A stretch of DNA of 64,000 nt from Cycas panzhihuaensis (lineage: Eukaryota; Plantae; Cycadophyta), in the NCBI GenBank assembly GCA_023213395.1, contig CM041465.1, positions 136,035,741 through 136,099,740 of the forward strand, written 5' to 3'. Every line of letters starts with the position of its first letter. Positions within the stretch are counted from its first letter, which is position 1. The translations under genes were made by a program, and so were the position numbers. The notes beneath the pieces are model-generated. The model made no database searches. It saw only the letters and a program-made list of their open reading frames with translations, and was not told where the DNA came from. Below, piece after piece: positions 14,225 through 26,834 of this stretch.

Positions 14225-14669
14225 TCACTGTAGAGCAATTCTCATAAGTGATTGAGTCAAAGGGAGTTATAGTTTAGTCTTATTACTGAGCATGGGTAGT
14301 TTTTACTCATTTTAGAGTAAATCAAGATTAGGCTCATTATAGAGAGTAGGTAGTTTATACTCATTTCAAACTAAATCTAGCTTAGGGTCATTGTAGAGTA
14401 CATGTAGCTTATGCTAATTCTAGAGTAAATTTATTTTACTCTTATTATAGAACATAAATAATTTATACTTATTTTAGAATAAATTTAGGATAGATTTATT
14501 ATAGAGTACAAATAGTTTATGCACATTCTAGAATAAATCTTATTTAGGCTCATTATAGAGTGTAATTAGTTTATACTTATTCTAGAATAAATCTAATTTA
14601 GGGTCATTGTAAGTACAAGTAGTTAAAACACATTCTAGAGTAAATCTAGCTTAGGCTCGTTATAGAGAA
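14225..14669. repeat. Tandem array of ~54-bp units, each made of two related 27-bp halves (~7-8 units)
   Basis: Recurring CTCATTCTAGAGTAAATCTAGCTTAGG / CTCATTATAGAGT..GTAGTTTATA with a 54-bp period from 14306. Confidence 0.88.
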
Positions 14670-14689
14670 TTTGATAGTTCAAGCATAAT

Positions 14690-17600
14690 ATTTGTAGAGA
14701 TGGCTCCAAGCCTTTAAGGGTGGCTACCTAATAAGTTCTATTACTTAAATCTTTGATTGTGAGAAAGGGACCTACCCATTTTGGTGTAAATTTATGTTGC
14801 TTATCATGTAAGAATTTTAGTTTAAGCACCTTCTCACCTTCCTTAAACTTCCTAAGTCATAGGTTTTTGTCATGTGTGACTTATGCCTTCCCTTTTATAT
14901 TAAGGTTTTAAAAGTAATCCTTTATCCTTATTTCATCCTTCTTCTCTAACTCTATTAACCTTTCTTATTTGATACAATCCTCATTTGTAAATTCCTCGAA
15001 TGATATTCTAAAGGATAGAATCTTAAATTATAAGTGAAGCACTACTTTGATGTTATATGCCAAAGAGAAGGGTGTCATCATACTTGTTATACAAATGAAA
15101 GTTCTATAAACCCACAATTCTATATATAATTAGATATGCCAATCTTTATGAGAAATAGACAGTTTTTATTAATTTTTTGCCAAAATATTTTTGAAAGGTT
15201 TAACTTGTAATAGGAAGATGATGTCTATATTATTTTTTTATAAAGTTTGTCAAACTAAAACATGATTAATTTTTAGTGATAATTATATTAGAGACCCTAC
15301 ATCTACAAATTATATATTGGTAGATGAATGTGGCAATGACTTTACTAATTGTGGTAACTAGTAGAATGACTTTACTCTACTTTGTGAAATATCCTATGGC
15401 TATTAAAATAAATATATACCCCTTGTAAATAAAAGGTGCACCATCGCTTTAGGCCCCATTGGGAAAAGGGAAAGGAGATATTATGGCTTTCATAGAAATA
15501 TCCAATTGATAGATGAGGTTAGCATGGGCTTAGAACTTCTCACATTTGAGAATATTTTTGTGACTATCTTTAAAGAAGATCAACCAATAATAGTCCATCC
15601 TAAGGATAGTTTGAGTAGTGGATTGTCCTCTAAAATAACCTCTACATATCCCATCATCTAATTCATCCAAAATTTCTTGCATTTTGAATAGGAAGAGGCA
15701 TCTCAACAACATCTTTTTGAAGGACCTTTAATATAAGGAGTCTCCAATAATAATACATTTATGCATCATGGCCCTAATCATTTTCTTATTTTTAGAAGAG
15801 GTTTCTTTAAGTATTACTTAGGTTTCAATGTATTTAATGATGGCCTTGTACCACCCCTCGTTACACATACTTATCAAGATGGAACTTGTCAATTACTTTA
15901 TCATATTTGTTGGCTAATTGTGAAAATATAAGTTTCTTAAGCACTATCATTTCCTTTTAATTTGTGGCTAATTACTTCTAAGTTGAACTATTATAACAAT
16001 AAATTCCATATCTCTACTCATCTTTTCATGTCTATTTTTATTAAAAGGATCCTAGAATGATTAGTTTAGATAATGGCCTTTATTATATTGCCCAATATAT
16101 AATGTTTCAACTTCTTAGTAGCAAAAAATTAGGGTAAGCCACTCTTTTATTACCATGGTTTAATTCATTTCTATAGTGACCAAAAACTTACTTATAAACT
16201 AAATGGATCTCTTATACTTGAAGCCATATTCTTAGGTGATCGTGCCCCTAAGTGAGACTTCTATAGTATAAGTTTATAGGATGAAATTCCAATCAAACTT
16301 TAGAGGTGTTAATATTAGTGTAGAGTTTAAAGATTACTTTAATTGATTAAAGGATCATTATACTTCAATATTCTAATTAAATGGCATGCCTTTCTTAAGA
16401 AGATTGGTCAAAGGCTTAGCATACAAAGTAAAGTCTATGAGGAACCTATGTAACAAGCCCAATCTTCCTAAAAATGACTTAATTTACTTTTGGGTTTTAG
16501 GAGGGAGGCATCTTTGTGATGGCTTTCAATTTTTTATAATTTACTTTGATACCTTCCTTTAATACTATATTTCCAAATAATTTACCTATGTTGATAATAA
16601 ACATATGTCTCTATGGGCTAATGTAGATTTTGTATTTTTCACATCTTTCAAAAAAGACCTAAAGTTCATGAATCTAGTTCTAGCTATACCTTAAAAATCC
16701 AAGCATATCATCCATATATGCAATGACTATTTCATTAATTAAATCATGGAAAATATATTACATGTCTCTTTGGTAAGTGGCCCCCATATTCTTAAGCTTG
16801 AAGGGCATGACCTTGTAAGAAAAAGTACCCTAAGATATATTGAATATTATTTATCATAGTCTTCAAGTAAAATAGTAATTTGGTTATACCCTAAAAATCC
16901 ATCTATGAAGGACATAAGTTCAAAGTATATTTTATGATCCAAAATTTAATCAATGAAAAGTATGGGGATGTTGTCTTTAAGGTATACATCATTGATATAT
17001 TAGAATTCTATATAGATACAAATTGCCCCATTCTTCTTTTCCTTTAGTAATATGTTAGAAATCCATTGAGAGTAATCGATAGATTTGATAAATTTGGTTT
17101 TTGTCAAATTTTTAGCTTTTAGTTTGATAACAACTAAAACCCTAACGTGGAAAGATTTCTACTTTTGTATTTTAGGCCTAGCCCATAAGATGGCTATAAT
17201 ATTATAAAGCATCACACTTGGGAAGAGTCATTCCATATCACTGTAATCCTATATGAAGATGGAGAGAAACTCTCTAAAAAGTTCTTTGAGTTAGCCAATT
17301 TCCTTTAGGGTGTATTTTACCCCAACCTTTAGGACCTTAGGTTGGTTAATGACCTCTAAAGAGATGTGTATAATTTCTCCCAATAGCATCAAATTGGCTT
17401 CTTTGAAATATATTAGCATAGTCTTAACAAGAGGAGGTTGTTTAAGGATGACTAGATTTTTAGGTGCCATAAGAGAATCAAGTTGGATGAATTTAGAAAA
17501 ATCAAGCTTATGATTGTTGACTAGAAGGTTATTAGATGACCTTAATAGGTACTCTAGGAAAGCCTCATAATTTTTATAGTTCAAATTTAAGAAGGCTTTC

Positions 17601-18300
17601 CTAACCATATTTAATTCTTTTATGTTCTCTTCCTTATTTAATTTTATTAGTTTAATAGTAAAGTATTTCTCAGATCCTAGTATAAGAAAAGATCAAATAG
17701 AATCACCTTCTTTGAGAATAATTTACTCTAAGAAAACTGATTTCTTATGGGACTTTTCTTTTTTCACTTCACTATTTTAAATTTATCATCATAAAAGAAT
17801 TATAGTTCTCTAAATAAAGATGAGCACACTAGTAACATTTGGTTCAACTAAGTTCTTCCTAATAACATGTTATATTCAAGGTCAAGGTCAATGATGATCA
17901 TTTTAATAAACACCATTTTACCTTCTAGAATAATATATATAATTACCTTCCCTATAGAAAACTTTTCTCTTTTGACATATCTCTAACATATCTAATTGAT
18001 AGGCCCAATGGCAAAGTTTTATAGAGCTTCCATTAGTCTAATAGGTATCATATTAATAGATGACCTTAAGTCTATGATGTACCTCTTAATGTCATACTCC
18101 TAATTTTGAATACTAATATAAAAGGGCACCATGTCATTATAATCTCTCTCATCTTCTTCCTCAAGCCTAGAGGATCAAAAGAGATGAGGGTTTATTAAGA
18201 TTGTTTTGCTTTACACCTAGTGCGTGTAATAAGAGTTCCTTTCATTTAGGATAAACCTTTAAGAGGTCAAGCATGGAGATATGGTATTTAGTTCTTCTAT
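14690..18300 (-). pseudogene. Gypsy pol pseudogene (PR-RT-RH-INT) of element A
   Basis: RT motifs GTFSYKVMPF and SFIDGFLGYNQI (~16880-16920), RNase H and integrase remnants, collinear with element F. Confidence 0.85.
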
Positions 18301-18881
18301 AATAGAGAAAGGCTTTCATTTCATAAGATGTAGATGGGGTCTCCTAAAATCTACCTAAATTAGTTGAGTGGGAACTTTTAGTATTGGCTCTAATGGACTT
18401 GAAGATAAGCCATTTTTGAAATTCTTGGCTTGGATCCTAATTACAACTAACATGTTAGATTTATTGACCATGTTAAGGGATTTTTTCTATTTATCTTTCT
18501 CAAGGAGAGACTTTTAATTTGAATAATTATTTCTATTCAAACTGCATTTGGTTAGGGTAGATGCTTTATGATTATTAAACCTAGAGTTACTGACTAATCT
18601 TCTAACTTAGCCTTACCCTTCCCCTTCATTTTATTTTCATGGCTAGGAAAAGGGTTCTTTGTTAGAAATACATGTCTAAGGTGGGTCTAAAATCCTAAGA
18701 CTATAAAATATAAAGTCAAATAAATGAACAAATAAAGAAGAAATATGTATAAACACATAACATAATATATTTATAGAAAATTATTAGTTTTTAATTATAT
18801 TATGATAAAGTAATATATATTTATAATACACACTATCTTATGGCTATTCAATCTAATATCGAGTTACTTAGTTAACTAATG

Positions 18882-21800
18882 TGTTGGAATATGTGTACAT
18901 ATTGACTAATATAAAGTGGGTCCTATTTATATGCCTAATATGTAGGAGAATATTCTTGAGAGTAGTTAGTCGACGATGTAAAATGTAATTATATTTGACA
19001 CTTGAGGTCTATAAATATAAATCAGAGTCCAACTTTGTAATATGCTAGATTTACAATAATATGAAATATTCTTATTGTGGGTTTTCTCCTGTAAGAGTTT
19101 CTTACAATAATCTAATATATTGTGTGATTTGCTTCTACTATGATCTATCTAATGTGAAAGATCTTAATCGATCTTGTTTGCTTATATTTGTGTTTTCCAA
19201 CATGGTATTAGAGTTTGTAGGTCATGCAAAAGCATAGCATCATTATCAGATGTTCCAATTGATGGTGCCAAGTCATGTTGGATTTCCCTAAGTGGATTGG
19301 TATTTTCAATGACCCTACAGAATAGCCACGGAGGTGTAGATGATTATTGGAGGATCTTGAAAATCTTTTGTCTTTGTTTACAGGTATTTTAAGCTCTATG
19401 GATGTGTGTGGAATAGCATACAAGCCTTGTGACTTTGTTACTAGCCATTTGAGCCCCATTTAAGCCTACTGAAGGTGTTGGATCCATGTTTGAAGATGTC
19501 ACTAAGTTTACATCAACATAAAAGAGCATAGCCACCGGTGGAGTGAATGTTTGAGGCCGTAGTACCCTTAGAAGCATTTATAGTGCAGGTTGTCAACGTG
19601 GCATCCTCTAGGAGAGCTGCAGAGCTATAAGTGATTATTACAATCTATAATAAAGGTATGTTGTTATTAAAATATATTTTAGTCACCCATTTGATATCTA
19701 GGGTTTGAATAATATATTTTATTACCTATACAAAGCGGTATATGGGTTATGGTCATTGATATACATAGTGTTACCTAAGTCAATATATTATTCTACTATA
19801 AACATATTCTCTTTTAGCAGTTTAATATATTTAATAGTCTATGTACATATCACTGCCCTCCATTGAGCCTATAGATTTATATTATCACCCACATGATTAT
19901 GTATTCAGATGTGGTTATTATATGAACTTCATCAAGGCCTATGTGAATGTCACACTATTGATTTGTTTTTAAACGTCGCTTTCTATTTATTAATGTCAGT
20001 CGGTGATATATACTTGTAGTGATATATACTACGTTGACCAACATGATAAATATCTACGTCACTCATAAATCATTGTGTGATATATTTTATCACTTACATC
20101 CCCCATCTGTATATTTCTGACTTGATGTGTTTAATCTGCCCTAGTTATACGATATCGTTTATACTCTATCAAATGTTTAAGAGATATATTAATCTCATGT
20201 TTAATTTTTTGAAATCACGATTTAATATTGTCCATATTGCATTTGATCTGGTTGCTTGTGCATGATGTGTGAGCTGTCGATTTTGATATCTTATAGCCAA
20301 TATAAACATATTTTTTGATTTTATATAGTCACCCACCTTAATGTATTCATCACTGTTTAAATTTATAATGTGCTATTTGAATTTACAATGTCGCATGTAT
20401 ATGTTATTCACCAATGATATATATTAAGTCGCTCATTGATAAAGTTTATAAAGCGGTGATATTAATATTAGATATTTTGATATTAATTATTTTTTATAAA
20501 TTGCCCTTTTATCTTTAATATATGGATTACTAACCTTATATCTTTAAGATTTATTTTTTTTTCTTGAGTGATCTATATTAAGATAATTGAGGTAAACTGT
20601 AATCTCATATTTGCCAATATTAAGTGATTAGGTTGAATAATATTGGCTTGTAAATGAGGTGATATTTACAAATATTTGACAATGTATTTTTTCATTGCTA
20701 AGAGGAGTTTATTTTAGGAATGGTGTATGCATATGTTGATGGTATTTGTTTAATGGTGATTAAGTACTTTCTTGTTTGCATTTTGTATGAGAAAGTTAAT
20801 AGGTGATTATATATATGAGGCATGTTTGTTGGGCAAGACGAGACTCTTTAGCATACGATTGCATGAGGGAGTACTTTGGTGGCATGAGGCAACATTGAGA
20901 CATAATGAAATAAGGGTTTGGTGTCATATTGGATTGTGATTTGAGGTGAAGAGAGTGAATTAAGTATGCTTCCTTTATGGGTGTATATTGAGCATGTTTA
21001 ATGGGCATAAGATGGGCAAGTTCAAGGGTGAGTCAGGGTGAGAAAGGGTAAAGAAGGGTAAGTTTTAGTAAGATAACTTAACTACGAAGTGTTGTAAACT
21101 CTATTACTACTGTTTAGTGTGGCATAGATCATTACAAAAGTTTATATATATGTTATTATTTAGTGATGAGTGTCTTTTATTCATGTATATTCGAGTTATG
21201 TTGCATCAGATGTATATGATGTGACATGAGGTTTAGAATTTGCTTGTATGAGTGGTTATTAATTTTGATGGACTGTTATACTTTTCTATTTGAACTAATG
21301 ATAGCATGAAGGTTTGTGTCCTATTTGATGCTAGATCAACATTGATATATATATGAACAAGTATGATGTGAAATTGAGATAGAGTGTTTGATGTGATGGA
21401 TGTTAGTGCATGAAGGTCATTAGATTAATTATATGAAGGTGACTTTAGGTTAGCTAAGTTACATAGTTAAATGTAATTTCATGTATATTTAAGTATAATT
21501 TTAGAATCATGTCATTATACAGTGAACTCCTTTAGAAACTCTAATGGACATCCTCTGATATATACAAGACTAAATGTGAAAGGAAGAGTAATAATTTTCA
21601 CTTCTCATTTTTACTCTTAATCTTGTTCTCTCTGCTTTTCTCTTATTATGTGCCATTACTTTAGTGTAGTGGATTATGGCATTAGATCCTTCACCCAACA
21701 ATTAGTATCAAGCCATTATTAGCCACATTTCCCCACTAGACTTGCACAGAGCCATTGATGCCTCTCACTCACAATTCATGTGAGGTTAAGGGTTTATTTA

Positions 21801-24800
21801 AGAATTATATTTTGTATTAGATAGATGAAAATTATATTATTTTATATGTTGTTGTATTTGATATGTGTATAGAATTTTAGAGGTGAAAAAGACTAATTTT
21901 TTAAGCTGTTTGGTTGTCGAAACAGCTCTGGACTACATTAAAGGCCTAAAATTCTATGAAATTTTTGACAGTCTCAATTTTTAATTAAATTTAATATGTA
22001 GGGTCACCCAATCAGGAGGATCATTTTTATCTTATAAAGCATCTTAAAATTAGTCTGTAGCAACTAGTTTTGGCTTAAACATAATTTTCACCCATATAGA
22101 TGATCTACAGCTAATTTCTTTATATTTAATTAATTTCTGCTAAAATTTTTTTAGGGTTTTAGTAGATATAAGCAAACCATACATTTAAGGTTTTGTCCCA
22201 TTAAATTTAATTGAGTTTTAAGTGTAAATTTTTTTTAAAAGGTTAAAATTTATGGATGAGTGACATAAGGCACTTTTCTCAATGAAATCCTTTAAATATG
22301 AGTTAAAAATCTAAATTTTTTTTAGGGATCTAGTAGATTTATGTCTTAGGAGCATTTTGAAGCCAATCTAATCAAATTTCATCTACTAGTTAATGATATC
22401 TTTGTAGTTTTCTAATAGATGCTAAATATGCCTACTCAACCCTACAAAAAAAATATTTCAAAGGCATTTAAGGTAGTTTCTTTCCCATTTTTAGAGATAC
22501 TATAGAAGGAAAAGTTGATGTACATGTTAAGACAATGATTTTGACATATTGAAGTTTAGATCCTAAGATAGTGAATCTGGTAAGTTTCTTCGTTTGTGCT
22601 TTTTTTAGAAAAAAAACATTTATACCTTTTTAGACATTTAACTTTACTATTTTATCAGAAATGACATTATAAATGTTTTTTTCTTTTATCATAAATTCAA
22701 ATTCTATCAGCTAGGCCTTCACATTTATAACTTTTATAAAACTTTACTCATTTATTATCATTTATAAATTTTGTGAAATAAAATCATAAAATAGGGAAAA
22801 ATTAACATGCTTCTAGATTTAGAGAAATCATCATTTTAACGATAGGTTGATCTATTTTTTGGCCCTTTATGGCTTTTATATTAAAATTTTTAAACTTATG
22901 TTTGGAAACATTATAACAAAGCAAGGGAAACCATGGATCATAAACAACATCTGGTTACCCTACTAAATTTGGCATACTTTTTCTATTTCCACATATAGTA
23001 TAAAGCAACATATGTAGTAGCAATAATAACAAGTAAGCACAGAAGGTAAGCAAGCATTTGACATCTTTTTATTTTAGTTTTTAGTTCAAGTTATTTAAAA
23101 ATAACTTATACTATTTCCGAAAAAGAATCTCATCTGTATAATTTATACTATCAGTTCTTGACTTTTGCACATACTTGGCTTGGTTGAAATAAACCATGGT
23201 TGGCAAAAGTTTGGGCCCTAAGGGAGGTGTGAGTTTCATACTAGGTATGGTTTTTAACTAGAATAGCAGTAGAATAATAGATTAGTCATACATATAACCT
23301 TTAATCAAGGATAATCCTAATAAACACTTGAAAAAACTAAAAAATTTAATCAAGATTAAAATATACTTGATCCAATATCTATCATAGCCATGGGATACGT
23401 ACATACCAATTGACTCTTTAGAGGAGGTATATAGTTTCTCACTAGTGAACTAGATGAGGACTGAGAGTATCTAGGCTTCATTGTGACTTTGATTTCATCA
23501 CTAAGTGTAGGTACGAGTATCATGAGTGAAGGCCCTAATACATATACTAAAAGCCCCCTTAGGTATCGACACCTCAACTAATTTGGACTTGAGATAGAGA
23601 TTTGGGTTTGATCATACATCCTACATCACACTTAGCTTTTAACTGTGTGCACCCACATGCCAACTTCTATATAGACACGATTTTAATTGTATGATCACAT
23701 GACACATCATTTATCTTTGTGATCCTTATATTACCATTTGTACACATCATCAAACCCCACTACATCAAGAGTATTTACCACAAGTTTTGGTGGCCTATTA
23801 GCATTACTTGATACTTAATTATAGTCCCTTACTACACTAGGTGTATCAACCACATGTGTTAGTGGTATTTTCATTTACCATTTCTTCACTATCTCTTTCA
23901 CTTCATCATCTTCACTATGCCTTCTCAATTTAAGAAAAATATAAATTACATCTTAAAAAGGAAAGATAATTGGGATCTATGGTATACTGGAGTCAAGAAT
24001 ACTACTAAGTATGAAGGCCTTTGGACAACCCATATGTAGCTTATACATATCATCCCTATGATAGCAATGGCACCTGCCTCTCGAGGAATGCCACGTGTAG
24101 CTCCAACAGATCTTGTAGCTAAATTACAATGGGAAATTGATGATGAAAAGATTCATGCAGGTATTCTATTAGTGATTGATCACTCCTTATCCAATCTAAT
24201 TGATAAAGAATAATATAATATAGCCTAGAAAGTCCTTGAGGTTTTTAAAAAGAATTTTGATATAAAGTCTAATCTTGAATTAGTTTATCTAGTCTTGAAG
24301 ATGAACAAGATGAAGATGTAGAAGGGACATGCACATAAAATAATCAACCTCATTTGACCAATTAAATAAATAATAGATAAGGATTTTAAGACCTAATATA
24401 TTACATGAGAATTCCTCATATAGTCTTGTATACATATACTTGATTATAAGAACTTGCTTAGGAGCCTTCAATCAAGTGAAACATTAAAGACACTTAACTT
24501 TGAAGCTCTTGTAAAGAAGTTTATAGAATTTGATAAGACCTTTAATACCAATTTTATAACTTCAAATCCTCTTAAAGATGCAACTTTTAATATGGAAGAA
24601 TAAGTATGCTTCTTAAAGAATCAAGGTCCCTCTTATAGTAGAGGAAATAACTAAGCAAGGGGTAGAGGACGAGGTAGAGGGAATTGGTCACAAGGTCAAC
24701 AGAACTCTTAACAATAGTAGCATAGATAGTCTCAAGGCCAAACATCACCCATAAGAGAGTCAGGCCAAACTAGTACTTCAAGGACTAGAAATCAAATTGT

Positions 24801-26830
24801 CATGTGTGAAAAGCATAACAAGAGAGGACACCTTATAAAGGATTATCATATACTTACATATAAGTTGCCTAAATTTAAGAGGACACCTTATAAAGGATTA
24901 TCATATACGTATGATCGTACCAAATACATAAACATGAAAGTCTACAAGATTTGAGAATTAGTTCATGATGATATAATTCAACTAGAGTACTACCTCATAG
25001 TAGATCAGGTGATCGATATCTTACTAAATTATCACAAAGGGTGAAGTTTAACCTTCAAGCCTCCATCTCTGACTGATTGAAGGACATGACAATAGAATCA
25101 TCATACTCTATTTCATCTGTGAAAACCCTTTGTGGGCACGAAAGAATAAAAGTAAGTCTCTACTCTATCATATTTGTGAAAACCCCTTATGGGCATAGAA
25201 GGATAAGGGTTGTACTAGTCTTGGAAAATTAGAACTTATAAAAACCTGAAAGGGCATGGGGGATGACCAAACGGTATATGAAGACTTGGTAGATCAAGTT
25301 GCACATTTAAGCTACTTAGTTATCAGGCTACATCAAGAGCCACCTTAGTTGTTTTGATTTATAAAAATGGTTATAGATCTTAGAAATTCTATGAGTTTGT
25401 ATTCCCTCTGAGGGTTTTCCCATAAAAGTGTTAATGTAATAATGAAACTCAAATGACGACCTCATAGAATAGATTTTATCATAATGACCTTTTACCATTA
25501 AGGGTAGGATTGATGAATGTTAATACATCAAGGTCATAAATTAATTATATGAAGGTGACTTTAGGTTAGCTAAGTCACATAACTAAATGTAATTTCATTT
25601 ACATTTAAGTGTAGTTTTGGGATTATGTCATTAGGCAGAAAACTCCTTTAGAAATCCTAATGCACATCCTTTGATATATATAAGACTGAATATGAAAGGG
25701 AGAGTAATAATTCTCACCTCTCATTTTTGCTCTCAATCTTGTTCTCTCTATTTTGCTCTTCTTGTGTGGCATTACTTTAGTGTAGTGGATTATGGCATTA
25801 GATCCTTCACCCAACACGATAAAATTTGAAGTGTGAATAGAAAAGTCTAAGATAAGATGCCTTATAATTAGTGATAACTTTGTCATGGTATATACAGTTA
25901 TCCTATAAAGTTTTATTATAGGTGAGTATCATGATACAAATGGTGAGGTTTGGTATATATTATGGTTTGTCTTCCATCTTTTATGGCATAAATTATAGCA
26001 TACATGTATTAAGTACCCTTGTTGTGACTATTTGTGGTATGTATTCCTCTCTTATTATGTTTGGACCAAGTCAAAATCCTTCCATTTATTCCTTTAATAC
26101 ATTGGAGTACACACATCATAGATGAAGATTGTAGTAGTAGGATTATAAGAATTTGAAGCCTGTGGATTATTTAGCTTATAAATAATATGATATATGGAGG
26201 AAATGCATTATGATTAGTCTAGATGTCAAGTTGAAGAGTTTATGATGTATCATGTTAAGTCTCATCCGATTATAGGTTTTATCCTTCATTGATTCACTTT
26301 TCTGAGTCATTATTTAGCATGTGTAGAGGTTTGTTTGCCTAACATTGTGCTTAAGATAAAAATAGGACCTAGTTAAAGATTAATGATGAGGAGTTATCAG
26401 TTAATGAGATATGGATTGCAATCCCATATTCCATTGATGGTTGAAGACCTACAAGATGATTAAAGATTATGGATCAGCATTCCAGTCAAATCTTGTGACA
26501 GATACCAGCAATCTAATGAGTGTATATTCATAATAAAAAGTTGTATTGAAATAAAGAACCTAGTAAGTTTGCAAGATAAAAAACTTGTTGCATAAGTGAT
26601 GTCAAGTAATAAGAAGGATTCAGGTATGAAAAGATATTTATACCAATCTCTATGTTTATTAGTCTGATTTGGTCCTTACTTTAGTAGCTTCAGATAGTTG
26701 GCTATCATATCAAATGAATGAGATATCATCATTCCTTAACAAAGACTTAAAGAGGAGATTCATATGGCTCAAGTGGCTTAACCTCTTGGTTTAGTCAAAG
26801 GAACATGAATAAATTATATGGAAAAAGTGT
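18882..26830 (+). mobile_element. Decayed Copia element D, 5' LTR present, interrupted by E and F, 3' end not found
   Basis: LTR 18882-19202 with perfect terminal inverted repeat TGTTGGAA...TTCCAACA. PBS TGGTATTAGAG 19203-19213. RT remnant FLNKDLKEEIHMAQ (~26733-26772). Confidence 0.75.
21394..25816 (+). mobile_element. Non-autonomous Copia-derived element E (gag plus RNase H tail only), nested in D
   Basis: LTRs 21394-21700 and 25511-25816. Degenerate Met-PBS TAGTATCAAGCC at 21703, PPT AAGGGTAGGA, degenerate TSD TGATG/CGATA. Gag remnant ~23918-24850 with decayed zinc knuckle, then RNase H C-terminus (ELVHDDIIQLEY...DQVIDI). Confidence 0.9.
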
Positions 26831-26834
26831 CAGG

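Larger units (their letters stand above)
1..18750 (-). mobile_element. Highly decayed Tat/Ogre-like Ty3/Gypsy element A, truncated, hosting two nested Copia elements
   Basis: Minus-strand pol remnants: GTFSYKVMPF (~16800-16830), ILDELDDGICRGYFRGQ...ILRMDYYW (15530-15712), and an integrase C-terminus near 14700-14780 resembling 36330-36410 of element F. Tandem array in the 3' region. Assigning 1-1777, 7495-7716 and 11124-14200 to this element is inferred, and boundaries are approximate. Confidence 0.6.

Noticed and set aside
14225-14669. CRISPR-like periodic array
   Set aside because: Eukaryotic TE context; the units are degenerate tandem repeats without unique spacers, and there are no cas genes.
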